This document shows positions 50,301 to 58,955 of a DNA stretch of 64,000 nucleotides, piece after piece. Under the pieces are notes generated by a model. It did not search any database and was not told the origin of the DNA. It saw only the letters and a list, made by a program, of their open reading frames with translations. The DNA is from Vicugna vicugna. Its lineage: Eukaryota. The position numbers and the translations under genes are program-made. Each line of letters starts with the position of its first letter. The stretch's first letter is position 1. The stretch covers positions 5,746,716 to 5,810,715 of the forward strand of contig MU058337.1 of the NCBI GenBank assembly GCA_013265495.1, written 5' to 3'.

Positions 50301-52708
50301 CCTGGGCTATAAAATGCGTGATCCTGGACATGGGAAGCCCCCGCCCCGGGAGAAGCTCAGGTCGGGCAGATAGAAGGGACAGACCTGTCCCCAAGCCCCA
50401 GCCGTGGTTGTTGAGCCTTAGCCCTTGATCCTGATTAAAGCGTGGGTGGCCCTTGAGAAACCCGAACGTAGGTGGCGTGAGTAGCTGCTCCTGCAGCTGT
50501 GGCCGAGAATAGTGAACAGCATCTTTATTTCTCAGGATCATAGTAGAAGGGAACCATCCCATTGGCCACGGTCCCACGATGAGCAGGTGCGAAAACGCTT
50601 GGCCGTGTTTCTTGGTGGCCAGATTAGAAGTGAATACTGTGGTGGGGATTCAAGTCTATGAGGATCGGTTCCCGTACATCGGGACATCTGGTCACAGTCA
50701 CCTACAGTCCTGCGGTGGCTAAGGTGACAGGTGGCTGTTCCTCCCTTATTCTCTCTGGTCTTTTTTCCAGCTGAGTGGGCTGCTTCTGGGTTGCCGAGGG
50801 GGTTGTGTGTTCTTAGGGGAGGTAAATAGACTCCCACCTTCTATCTTGAGAATCTTGGTAATGTGGTCATCGATGCTGACCGGAAGTGACACTTCCATGG
50901 GTGTCCTTGGCAGCCCTGCACTCTCCTGTTTTGACCTTTGCCCATCCTCCCCTGCACGCTGAACTGAGTTGCTTGCTTGATGTTGCAGAATTCCCACCCC
51001 TTCAGGGAGGCAGGTGGCAGAGTTGACAGAGTATTCATCCTCCCTGTGGCCACCAGCCCCTTCCTACTGCCCTGTCACCTTTGCCCAGGCACACACTTCC
51101 CTGATGCATAGACCTTCTGCAGCCTCTTCTCAACAGGGTGTGGCCGTCTGGGGCCTCTCAAGTGTTTCTGGAAGGAGGACTCGCTGGAACAAAACGAGCA
51201 CATCCAAAGTTTGAAAACCATAGGCGGCAAAACTGTGCATAAAACTTGTGCATCGTGTGCAGGATCTTATTTCTTATTATTTCATTTTTGTAGGAATCTG
51301 AAGCCTTATTCCTCAAAGCAATTAAAGCTCACCCAAATGGTGCAAGTTACCATGGCAATTTGGGTAAGGAAATTTTTCGATTTGAGTCATACCGAAATTC
51401 TATGTAATTTTAATGAAATGGGTGCATTTCTGTAAAATCAATGTTGGGAAAGTTGCTTTTCAAATCTAACTTGTACTGGCCTTTATAATCTGATTCTAAA
51501 ACATGGTCTTTTTAAAGAGGTTATTAAATCAATAGGGTAGCTAAATAATAGTCATACTTACAAATCTGAATGGTGTGGTCAGAACAACCCCCCCCTCCCC
51601 TGCCGTCAGTTAATCACCTTCTGATGATACAGTTCAGATTTTCTTTCTTTGTGTGATGGATCCCAGAACAATAAACTGAGAAGGACTTTGAAAGTTTGCA
51701 GTCTGCCATCTATCCTTTTGCCTCTTCTGTAGTGGACCGTCCATTCTAGCCTGGTCTTCCCTGTCTTCTTATGTTCTCCTAAGTCTTGGCTAAAAATGCA
51801 TTTACAGTGATTTATTCCGTAGAATTCCTTTCTTCTACATTTGCCTCTCAGTAGTTCAGATTTTTAGAGCACGGCACCTTGATGTTTGGAAGGCTCAGTC
51901 ACGCAAGTATTTTTTCCACCAAATCTGTTCCCTAAAGATTCTGTAGCTTCTCATGGCAAAAGTCATGAAGCATCAGTATTTGTTCTTCTGCCTGTGTAGA
52001 AAGCTAGTTTTACTTACAGAATCATTGTAATAGTCAGAGGCTTAGCATTCTAATAAGTAGATTTATTTTAACTATCATTTTATGGTCAGATCTTGATGTT
52101 AGAACCCTTAATTCCAGTGGGCAACGAACAAGCTATTATTTTGCCAAAAGTGTAGAGGACTCTTTATTAAAGTAAATGACTGGTCTTCTACATGGTCAGG
52201 GCACTAAGTAGTGTGGGAGCCCAGCCCTTTCTAGCCTGGCTTCCCAGAAATTTCATGGCAGCATTAAGAAACTTAGCATCCTCTTCCCTTTAGTTCTTTA
52301 TGTGATACTGTTGCTGTAGGGAGATGGATCACGCCTAGTGATGTGAAGAACCCCGGGAGTAACTGGGGGTGGTTAAACGGACAGTCATCAGGGAGTGTGG
52401 TTACAATAAATAAAGTCTGCAGTACAAGCACTATTGTTTGAAACAATGACTTTTGAAAACTGCTTGGAGAGGTTCTGTGACATTTCTTGGTACAAGTGGT
52501 TGGAGGTACCACAGTCTCATGGAAGTATTTCCAGTGAAATCGATCTCTTGCTATTTCAGCTGTGCTTTATCATCGTTGGGGGCATCTAGACTTGGCCAAG
52601 AAACACTATGAAATCTCTCTGCGTCTCGACCCGACTGCATCAGGAACTAAGGAGAATTATGGTCTTCTAAGAAGAAAGTTAGAACAAATGCAAAAGAAAG
52701 ACGTCTGA
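2592..52708 (+). CDS. TMTC4: TMTC4, transmembrane O-mannosyltransferase targeting cadherins 4; spliced CDS join(2592..2753,6542..6657,7797..8013,12706..12793,27898..27995,30853..30945,31174..31338,32176..32378,33854..34025,34108..34239,39553..39632,39801..39908,40002..40143,45715..45829,46899..47011,51294..51363,52560..52708), 740 aa
   Basis: Exon lengths sum to 2223 nt with an uninterrupted frame and GT-AG introns. Translation shows TMTC hallmark motifs ([47 protein letters not shown], AERxLYLPS) followed by TPR repeats. It matches human TMTC4 as I recall it ([13 protein letters not shown]...[12 protein letters not shown]). Confidence 0.97.
5875..6490 (-). mobile_element. Degenerate L2 LINE fragment
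   Basis: attgagcaccttctatgt and purine-rich blocks typical of reverse L2; heavily diverged. Confidence 0.5.
6542..6657 (+). CDS. TMTC4: TMTC4 CE2 (116 nt): [38 protein letters not shown](R)
   Basis: Acceptor ttcccacag|; donor AG|gtgaga; DFWG and SHKSYRPL motifs. Not in the ORF track; read manually. Confidence 0.96.
7797..8013 (+). CDS. TMTC4: TMTC4 CE3 (217 nt): [24 protein letters not shown]...[12 protein letters not shown]
   Basis: Acceptor cctttaccgtag|; donor TGT|gtgagt; matches the start of ORF 7798..8088; HPVHTE motif. Confidence 0.97.
10525..10624 (-). mobile_element. tRNA-derived SINE, camelid Vic-1-like
   Basis: Reverse strand reads ggggagggtatagctcaactggcagagtgcttgcttagcaggcatgaggtcctgtgttcaatccccagtacctcc + A-rich tail; A and B boxes present; possible ACTTG TSD. 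Confidence 0.85.
12706..12793 (+). CDS. TMTC4: TMTC4 CE4 (88 nt): [29 protein letters not shown]
   Basis: Long pyrimidine tract ending ttttcag|; donor G|gtaagc; GRADLL motif. Confidence 0.96.
13871..14135 (+). mobile_element. MER58B-like hAT-Charlie MITE
   Basis: Ends cagggctggtaaac / gtttgccaacccctg; internal ataaagttttattggaac and agcctaaaatact. Confidence 0.8.
14302..14322. repeat. (TG)10 microsatellite
   Basis: Direct reading. Confidence 0.95.
14580..14880 (+). mobile_element. Old L1 (L1MC/ME-type) 3' end fragment
   Basis: agagacatatgctgaaatatt...gtctgggatttg...aaaataatc...ctctacttttgtgtatg. Confidence 0.6.
15688..16180 (-). mobile_element. L1 (L1MB-type) 3' end spanning assembly gap
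   Basis: cagtggcgttaagtacactc...taaccatcactaccatccatctcc...cccctggcaaccacca; L1-like tgaatagtgcgactatgaaca after the gap. Confidence 0.8.
15901..16150. other. Assembly gap (250 N)
   Basis: Direct reading. Confidence 1.
18705..18720. other. Assembly gap (16 N) between two copies of a C-rich unit
   Basis: Direct reading. Confidence 1.
19486..20168 (-). mobile_element. L1 (L1MA8/9-type) 3' portion
   Basis: gagatataattgacatataacattg...gtgagatcatac...catttagcataatgccctc...gtaaataatgctgcagtgaacatggggg...gaattgctgggtcatatggta; T-run 19435-19461 nearby. Confidence 0.9.
21538..21748 (+). mobile_element. L1 3' UTR fragment (artiodactyl-type)
   Basis: acaggcatagaaaacaaacttatggtta...gatttgcagatacacactact...cagggaactatattcaatatc. 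Confidence 0.85.
23573..23782 (+). mobile_element. Tigger2-type MITE, second copy
   Basis: ta|ctgttaacccttgaacaacacaggtttgaactg...gttgttcaagagt; same family as 940-1158. Confidence 0.8.
24086..24224 (+). mobile_element. L1 extreme 3' end with expanded (AT)n array
   Basis: tatgtaactgaatcac...cattgtaaatcaactgtgcttcaataaaaaaa; AT array 24095-24152. Confidence 0.8.
25972..26131 (-). mobile_element. MER5A-like hAT MITE
   Basis: gcatcagaatcacctggaggcctggtt...gtctaggtggggcctg...ggaccacac. Confidence 0.7.
26134..26349 (+). mobile_element. MER20 hAT MITE
   Basis: cagaggtctcaac...tttttggttgtcacaactg...taaacatcctgcgatgcac...gagaaaccccg. Confidence 0.8.
26895..27025 (-). mobile_element. MIR SINE fragment
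   Basis: gatagatgaggtcactaagac...gctcagggtcacttggcaagtggcagagctggaattgag. Confidence 0.65.
27898..27995 (+). CDS. TMTC4: TMTC4 CE5 (98 nt): (A)[32 protein letters not shown]
   Basis: Acceptor tctcctaattggcag|; donor CTG|gtaaga; KEQGITVL motif; phase 1 to 0 fits neighbours. Confidence 0.96.
28791..29012 (-). mobile_element. MER20 hAT MITE (opposite orientation to 26134)
   Basis: cagtgtttctcaac...cactagatgccagtag...caaaatgtctccagacattgcca...tgagaaacagtg. Confidence 0.85.
29015..29178 (+). mobile_element. MER5A/MER5A1-like hAT MITE
   Basis: cttctcaaagtgtg...gaccagtagcatcag...cacctgggaacttactagaaat...gtttgagaagcactg. Confidence 0.8.
30853..30945 (+). CDS. TMTC4: TMTC4 CE6 (93 nt): [31 protein letters not shown]
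   Basis: Acceptor gctttcttag|; donor GAG|gtgagt. Confidence 0.95.
31174..31338 (+). CDS. TMTC4: TMTC4 CE7 (165 nt): [55 protein letters not shown]
   Basis: Acceptor gtcctttcag|; donor CGG|gtgagt; DNPA motif. Confidence 0.96.
32176..32378 (+). CDS. TMTC4: TMTC4 CE8 (203 nt): [67 protein letters not shown](R)
   Basis: Acceptor tcttaactgacag|; donor AG|gtaaga; LCFDWSMG motif. Confidence 0.96.
33165..33308 (+). mobile_element. tRNA-derived SINE, camelid Vic-1-like, B box deleted
   Basis: gggggagacagctcagtggtagagtgcgtgcctagcatgcatagggtccccagtacc + aaataaataaaaacctaattacc tail; degenerate TSD aagggattgc/gagggactgc. Confidence 0.85.
33854..34025 (+). CDS. TMTC4: TMTC4 CE9 (172 nt): [57 protein letters not shown]
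   Basis: Acceptor cgtcttccag|; donor AAG|gtacgg; [10 protein letters not shown] and AERxLYLPS motifs. Confidence 0.97.
34108..34239 (+). CDS. TMTC4: TMTC4 CE10 (132 nt): [44 protein letters not shown]; last TM helix and start of TPR region
   Basis: Acceptor ctcttcttaag| (AAG type); donor AAG|gtaggc; follows an 82-nt intron. Confidence 0.95.
34760..34945 (+). mobile_element. MIR SINE fragment
   Basis: ttgggcaag...tttgctgtgagg...acacagtaggtgctcaaggaatgtt. Confidence 0.55.
37824..38216 (-). mobile_element. MLT1A-type MaLR solo LTR
   Basis: TG...CA ends; ggaggccagaagtccaaggtcaagg, taaggacaccagtcagataggattagggccc, ttttggggacacaat. Confidence 0.9.
38892..39050. mobile_element. Short L1 fragments with compound (GGAT)/(GACA) microsatellite
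   Basis: aattaccatatgatccagccattctacttctgg followed by atggatggatagacagacagacagacag. Confidence 0.6.
39553..39632 (+). CDS. TMTC4: TMTC4 CE11 (80 nt): [26 protein letters not shown](R); TPR; NQT sequon
   Basis: Acceptor tctttccag|; donor AG|gtaccg. Confidence 0.96.
39801..39908 (+). CDS. TMTC4: TMTC4 CE12 (108 nt): [35 protein letters not shown](Q); TPR
   Basis: Acceptor ccacttccag|; donor CA|gtaagc. Confidence 0.96.
40002..40143 (+). CDS. TMTC4: TMTC4 CE13 (142 nt): [47 protein letters not shown]; TPR
   Basis: Acceptor tatcttccag|; donor TTG|gtaagt; overlaps ORF 40024..40212. Confidence 0.97.
40935..41088 (+). mobile_element. L1MA-type extreme 3' end
   Basis: gtcaaatcatcatgttgtacaccttaaa...ttatctcagtaaagctggaaataaaaaa. 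Confidence 0.8.
42255..42779 (-). mobile_element. ERV1-class solo LTR (MER34/MER39-like)
   Basis: Terminal tgccttcagtgcaataatttttacaccaaaatggtgtatttggggcggcatgttctggtcctctgca resembles the reversed MER34/39 5' end. Confidence 0.65.
43776..44195. mobile_element. Old ERVL/MaLR-type LTR remnant (family uncertain)
   Basis: tgtatcagcc...caggagaac start; ggcagaaacttaacaagaagccaagtggcaggggtcctgggaaatgcagtttgcag. Confidence 0.4.
45440..45605 (+). mobile_element. MIR SINE
   Basis: ttggggcaagtcacctcatttctctgtgtctcagttacttcatctgtaaaatgggg...aggattaaatgagttaata. Confidence 0.9.
45715..45829 (+). CDS. TMTC4: TMTC4 CE14 (115 nt): [38 protein letters not shown](G); TPR; NAT sequon
   Basis: Acceptor ctttatttcag|; donor G|gtacgg. 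Confidence 0.96.
46899..47011 (+). CDS. TMTC4: TMTC4 CE15 (113 nt): (G)[37 protein letters not shown]; TPR
   Basis: Acceptor ttttactcaag| (AAG type); donor AAG|gtgtgt; inside ORF 46658..47296. Confidence 0.95.
48342..48376. repeat. (TTTTGY)n hexamer repeat
   Basis: Direct reading. Confidence 0.9.
49430..49750 (+). mobile_element. Degenerate L2 fragment
   Basis: ccaggctcagaaactttgagtcat...; ends aaatgaatcaagcaatgaat. Confidence 0.5.
51294..51363 (+). CDS. TMTC4: TMTC4 CE16 (70 nt): [23 protein letters not shown](A); TPR
   Basis: Acceptor catttttgtag|; donor G|gtaagg. Confidence 0.95.
52560..52708 (+). CDS. TMTC4: TMTC4 CE17, coding part (149 nt): [48 protein letters not shown]
   Basis: Acceptor gctatttcag|; TGA at 52706-52708. 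Confidence 0.96.
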
Positions 52709-53810
52709 TCCTTTTTCCTCCATTTTTTGAGTTTGTGTGTGAGTGCATGAGGAATATCATTAATGTGACGTGCTTATGTTTTAACCATTTAAAAGTCTTA
52801 CATGTTGCTTATTTTATTGCTTTTTTCCTATGAAAACAAAGACATGCAAAAAGATTACAGCACCAGCAATATACTCTTGAATGCTTGATGTGGTTTTTGC
52901 ATTGAAATTGTATTTTTTCAGACAACTCAAGTGTAAATTCCAAAATTCCAAGGATGAGGTCTTTTTTAATTAAAAAGAAAAAGAGAAAAAAATTATCTTG
53001 AGCAACTTAGAGCAGAATTAAACCTGCATTTGGGGGTGTGGGTCGTGTAGTGTAGAGACTCATAGTATCAAACACAGATTGTAAACAAGAAGTGACAAAC
53101 TGACTCCTACAATTTATGTAAATATCCAATGTGTCTGTATATTAGAATTTTTATTTAATGACAAGAAAGAGTAAATTAAGATTTTTGGTTTTTTAATCTT
53201 TCTTTTTCAAACACTATGCTATGAACTTCATTTATAAGGAAAAATATTTATTTGTATTTTTCTGTTTTGGACAAGGCAAATAATTGAATGAAAAGTGGAA
53301 ATATTAACATCTAGTGCATTTATACTTTTTTCCATTGGAAGAAGTTCACTCCTGCAATATTTTTGGGATTCTCCAACTTGTGCTGTTTCATAACCTAGGA
53401 AATTATGTAGTATTCCATGTAAAGTGTCACTATTAATAGAAAAGTCAAGCCTTGCTTTAGGCAAAAGCAGGCAGCTTGATGTCTTTATTTTTGTTATATC
53501 CAGTATTAAGAGGGCTACACTTCTACGTAAGTTGCTTTTTTATGTTTTTAACTGTAAAGCAGTTTTCCATTGAGCTTTATGAGACCACAGTCATTACTGT
53601 ATCCAGAAAAGGCAAGAGGTAGATTCTCTCTCAAAAGGAACCACATTGGGGAGTTTGTGATGTTTTTAAGAATTGAAATATTATCCTGTTTTATTGGATC
53701 AGAATAATCATGTTCGTTTTGTTTATTCTCCATCTGTTGCTGTTGCCCTAATGGTTTATGTAAGCCCTGTAATTTCTTATGCAGTAAAATTATTACACAA
53801 ACTGGTGTAA
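52709..53810 (+). other. TMTC4: TMTC4 3' UTR (AU-rich; 3' end uncertain)
   Basis: Follows the stop codon; AT-rich, no repeats recognised, several ATTTA. End inferred from a variant AGTAAA signal at 53783. Confidence 0.6.
53783..53788 (+). terminator. Candidate variant polyadenylation signal AGTAAA
   Basis: Two TGTA motifs just upstream (53759, 53768). No AATAAA found between the stop codon and 55235. Other variants: ATTAAA 52969 and 53017, AGTAAA 53170. Confidence 0.35.
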
Positions 53811-55084
53811 AAATGTCATACTGCCTTCTTAATAGATGATTTTCAAGTGAATGAACTCTTTTTCCTCCTTTCCCTTAAAATGAAATCAAAGTGACCAACC
53901 CATTCTTTCTGACATGTGGCTTCTATTTGGTTTTAGGGACCATTTAGTAGAATTGTACTGTGGAGTCATTCAGGTTCAGAGAACATTGAGATGAATTTGA
54001 TTCTCTCCACTCACTTTTTGGGGGACAGACCCGCATAGAGTTGTAAATTAGTCATTGTAACTTACGGTGGTTGGGATACATCAGAAAAGAAAGTACTGTG
54101 TTCCAAACATCTCTGAAATGATCTCAAAACAACAGTAACACTTTATAGAGCTCCTCGGGGCACAAGCTGCCTTATTTATGTTTCTTTAGTGCTTAGCTTG
54201 GCAGATAATAGATGCTCTGTATGCTTGTTGATTTTTCTTTTTTAAAAGCAAATCTCTTTCTTTAAAACAGTGCTTGTCTTTTGAGAGTAAAGGAAAAATA
54301 TTTCTTGTAAAAGCTCCTTCGGGATTCTTTTTTTTTTCCCTACTGATACTAAAACTTTAGGGTCAAATCAAGATGTGCAGATCCGGGATCCCCGCCTACA
54401 GGACGAATCTCCTAAGCTTTCAGGGCTCTGTCTCAGGGTTTCCAACGCAGCTGTCTTCTGTCCAGAGAAAACAGTCATTAGTTTGACTGATATTTCAGGA
54501 AGTCTTTTATCTCTGCAGAGTTTGGAAGTGTTCTGTGCTGCTTCTCTGTTCTCCCTCCTTTTTCCATCATAAGGTGACCACCCTCTTTATTTCTTGGGCT
54601 TCTTTTTTAACAAGACTGAAGTGGAAATCTGGAAGCAGTCCCCCTCTTACTTTTTTTTTTTTTTTTCATGTTTTTACTGCTAATCACAGTAAGGGATTGG
54701 GGGTGGGGGCGGTGACAAAACAAGCAGGGATTGTTGCCGGTTTGGGAAATCCGAGAGTCCTGATCATCGTCCTTCACCTCCCTGATTGTGAACATCACGA
54801 AACCCCGGAAGGTGGTTTGGGGTTATTTTTTGTTCATTTGTCTGCTAGATTTCTTCCCTGTTTAGATGCAGTCTTACATGTACTTCCTAGAAGCTCCATC
54901 ATGTAGATGTAGCCTGCTTTGCCTTCGCAGGGCTCTTTGGAATTCTGATTCTGTTGTATTTCTTAAGCATGACCTTTACATTTTATTTCAAATGACTGAG
55001 TCATGCAGACTAGAGAACCAAGCCCCACAGCAAAGCACTGGACATCTGTGTTCATATTCACACCTATCAGCTTGGACTTTGGTG

Positions 55085-55245
55085 TGAGAAAACCTAGATT
55101 TGGGTCTTTGCTCTAGCGCTTTGACATCATAGGCAAGTCATTTAGCATTGCTTAAGCTTTAGTTTCCCATCTACAAAATGGGCATAATAAGACCTCCCTC
55201 ATAGTCATGAGGTACTTGGCTCAGTCCTTGCCTCAATAAATGATA
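55085..55245 (+). mobile_element. MIR SINE
   Basis: ggcaagtcatttagc...agtttcccatctacaaaatgggcataataa...ctcaataaatg. Confidence 0.8.
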
Positions 55246-55296
55246 GACTAGACTTTTGGAGGAAGGTACAGTTTTTTGTAGCAGACAGATTTGACC

Positions 55297-56290
55297 TTGA
55301 ATGCATTCATTCCTTCATTCAACAAATATTAAGTGTCCTTATATGCCAAATACCCTCCTAGGCACTGGGAAGGTAGTGGGCATGGCCCCTTGCCCTCACG
55401 CAGCAGACAGTGCAATGAGGGACAGCAATTGTCGAGAGTTATGTCATTAATAACTGTAGAGGGAGACTGGGTCTAGCCTGAGGAGTCAGGAAGGGGTTCC
55501 CGGAGAAGATGACTTCTGAACTGAGAGTTGATAGGCAGAAAGGAAGAAGATCATTCTAGACCACTAGTTCTCAACAAGGGAGGTTTTTACACACACATAT
55601 ACCCCCTTCCCACCCAGGGGACAGTTAGCAATGCCTGGAGATGTTTCTGGCTGTCACAACTGATGGGGGCAGGAGGATACTACTGTATACAATACACAGG
55701 AACCCCCCCCCAAAAAAAAGAATGATCTGACCCCAAATGCCAGTAGTGCTGAGGTTGAGAAAACCTAGACTGGACATGAAGAAGAAAAGCATATGCAAAG
55801 GCCCTGTGGTGAGAAAGCTAAAGCATTTGATGAACCAAGTCCAAGGGGCAGAGTCACTTGATGGAGTAAAGGTGACTAGAGCCAAATTATGCCAGGATTT
55901 GCAGACCACATGGTCTTTATCTTAAACCATGAGAGGTTTCAAAGCAGAAAAGTGACATGATCAGATCTATGTTTCGAAAAGATCACTCTGGCTGTTGGTG
56001 GGGAAGGAACTGGAGGGCAGCAAAGAAGATGTGAGCAGACCAGCAAAGAGACCGCTGCACTTATCCACGGTTGAGATGAAGGTGGCTTGGGGTAGCCAAG
56101 CAGCAGTCAAGTTGTTGAAATGTGGACTGAACTTGAGAAATATTTAGGAATCAAATGGTGATGGAGAGGAGGTGGATGTGTGAGGGACTGAGACCCATCA
56201 AGTTTCATCATCCAGTTAAGCACTGATAGACACCACTGAGAGGGAGAGGCTGGCTATAAACTAGAGACAGCATAGGGTCCTGGAGAAGAA
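55297..56290 (-). mobile_element. L2 LINE, interrupted by MER20
   Basis: cattcattccttcattcaacaaatatt (reverse L2 3' end); gcatatgcaaaggccctgtggt; gacatgatcagatctatgttt...aagatcactctggctg. Confidence 0.8.
55562..55767 (+). mobile_element. MER20 nested in L2
   Basis: ctagttctcaac...ggggacagttagcaatgcctggagatg...gtcacaactg...gctgaggttgagaaa. Confidence 0.8.
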
Positions 56291-56559
56291 AGGAGGGGCT
56301 GGGACCCACAATCAAGTGGAATTTGACACTAGTGAAGAGGAAATAAATCCCCTGTATGTTAGCAAGGTCTAGATGAGGACAGATGTGGACATATCTGTGC
56401 ATTTATACAGTTGGCCAGACCCCAGTTGCAGTATTCAATAGTCACATCACAAGAATCTCAACCTTTCTCAGCCTTGATTTCTTCATGTAAAAAATGCAAG
56501 TAATAATGCCTGACTTACAAGATTGCTATGAAGATTGAAGTTAATATAATAAAATGTCT

Positions 56560-56882
56560 GCAGTCACGCCTCCAGTAGGGCGGGCACTAGCCACATGCAG
56601 CTCCTGAGCCCTTGAACTGTAGCCCGTCCAAACGGAGATGTGCTATAAGCATAAAATAAGTGCTGGGCTTTGAAGGCAGGCATGAAAAAATAATAGAAGG
56701 TATCTCAATCACTTTATATTGATTGCATGGTGAAACAATAATATTTCAGATATAGTGGGTTAAATAAAATATTGAAATTAATTTCAGCTGTTTCATTTTA
56801 CATTTTAATGTGGCTACTTAATTTTAAATTACATATCTGGCTTGCATTTGTAGTTTACCTCATAGTTCTAGCAGACAGCAGT
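56560..56882 (-). mobile_element. MER33 hAT-Charlie MITE
   Basis: cactagccacatg...gagatgtgctataag...ttaaataaaatattg...ttttaatgtggctact...ttaaattacatat. Confidence 0.8.
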
Positions 56883-56899
56883 GAGCATAACAGAAGCTG

Positions 56900-56900
<1 letters not shown>

Positions 56901-56930
<30 letters not shown>
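56901..56930. repeat. (GT)6(AT)9 compound microsatellite
   Basis: Direct reading. Confidence 0.95.
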
Positions 56931-57099
56931 GATACCTACCTAGCAATCTAATTCATTTTTTTAAAAGAACATCTATTACATCTAATTATAATCTAATTAA
57001 TCTTCTAAATGTATTAGGTATCTACAAGGTATATATTTCTCATCTTTGTCCCTGAGGCTTTCCTGAGTGGACTGGTCAGATGTCCTTCTGGGGACTGGA

Positions 57100-57660
57100 T
57101 ACAGCAGCCCTACAAGATTACCTGGTTGCCAAATAGCCACAGCTGATGAAGGAAAATATTCTCTTCTATAGACTAATTAAAGCTAATAAATGTTGAAAGA
57201 ATGGCAATTAGAAAAATCTTCCTATTTTTTTCCCCAGTGCATTAGTTGATTCAGGCAAAGCTCAGCAGTGAATCAAATCATTAGCTAAAAGATCAATGGA
57301 GAACTTTTTAGTGGAGGGGACCAGGCTGTCACCAGCTAAACCCACGGACTGATTTCAGCATTGATGAATGTGCCTCTCACTGTGACCCAATGTGGAGTAC
57401 GCAGAACCACCTAAGAAATACTTTTGCAAAAATTAACTTTGACCTTAATCTAAGCAAAATTAACTTCTTTGATTCCTAAGTTTAAATAAAAACCTGCAAT
57501 ATGACATTTTTGAGACCATTGGTAGTAAATAAATGTTAATTTTGCTGTGATAATGGTATTAAGATGATGTGAGGCTATGTGTATTTTTTAAAGATACAAA
57601 TACATACTCTACAGAGGTGAAATGTTAGATTTGGAATTTTCAACAATAAAAACAAAGAAG
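57100..57660 (+). mobile_element. Old L1MC-type 3' end
   Basis: agttgattcaggcaa...gtgataatggtatt...acagaggtgaaatg...tttggaattttc. Confidence 0.55.
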
Positions 57661-57799
57661 GAAAGGGAAAGTGGAAGGAAGGAAGGAGAGAAGAAGGGAG
57701 CAGGTCTCTGCTCATGTTTGCTGATGCAATTCTTATAAAATTAACCTCGGGTTAAATTATGTTTTCATTTTTTGCATACATCTTTTAAATATCTTTGCT

Positions 57800-58704
57800 N
57801 NNNNNNNNNNNNNNNNNNNNNNNNNNNNNNNNNNNNNNNNNNNNNNNNNNNNNNNNNNNNNNNNNNNNNNNNNNNNNNNNNNNNNNNNNNNNNNNNNNNN
57901 NNNNNNNNNNNNNNNNNNNNNNNNNNNNNNNNNNNNNNNNNNNTCTTGAGAGAGTGGAGAAAAGGAAGCCTCCCTACACTGTTGGTGGGAATGAAATTTG
58001 GTGCAGCCATCCTCGAAAATAGTATGGAAAGTCCTTAAAAAACTAAAAACAGAGTTACCATATGATCCAGCAATCCCACTCCTGGGCATATATCTGGCAA
58101 AAACTACAAATTAAAAAAATACTGCACCCCAATGTTCATAGCAGCACTATTTACAATAGCCAAGCCATGGAAGCAACCTAAATGTTGATGGATTACTGGA
58201 TAAAGAAGATGTGTATATTTATACAATGGAATACTACTCAGCCATAAAAAATAATGAAATAATGCCATTTGCAGCAGCATGGATGGACCTAGAGATTATC
58301 ATACTTAGTAAAGTAAGTCAGACAAAGACAAACATCATATGATATCACTCATATGTGGAGTCTTCAGAAAATGACACAGATGAACCTATTTACAAAATAA
58401 AAAGAGACTCACAGACATAGAAAACAAACTTACGGTTACCAGAGGGCTTTCCAGAGTGGGGAGGGATAAATTGGGAGTCTGGGATTTGCAGATACAAACT
58501 ACTATACATAAAAGAGATAAACAACAATGTCTTACTGTATCACGTAGGGAACCATATTCAATAGCTTGTAATAACCTATAGTAGAGAAGAACATGAAAAA
58601 ATACATATATGTATAACTGAATCACTATGTTGTACACAAGAAACTAACACACCATTGTAAATCAACTATGCTTCAATATAAATAAATGAATGAATAAATA
58701 AATA
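57800..58704 (+). mobile_element. 5'-truncated L1 (ORF2 C-terminus remnant + 3' UTR), includes gap 57800-57943
   Basis: ccctacactgttggtgggaatg...gagttaccatatgatccagcaatcccactcctgggcat...catggatggacctagagattatcatact...tcaactatgcttcaata + A-rich tail; TSD ATCTTTGCT at 57791-57799 and 58705-58713. Confidence 0.93.
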
Positions 58705-58955
58705 ATCTTTGCTTAACGGTGAACTTTTTAATTTTATTCCATGTTTTAGATACCTCTCCATTCTTTCCTTCTCTGGAATCATAGTCCAAACTGCAGTTTT
58801 GAGAGCCTCCCTGTCCTCTTAGCTCCTGAAAATACCCTTCGTAAGGCGTGGCCATGCTGCTTTGGCTCCACAAACTGACAGCGTGGTCGTCTCCCCAGCA
58901 GTTGTTGTAATTTTCTCTTTACCAATCAACTTCCAGTAGTTGATTACAATTAGGT

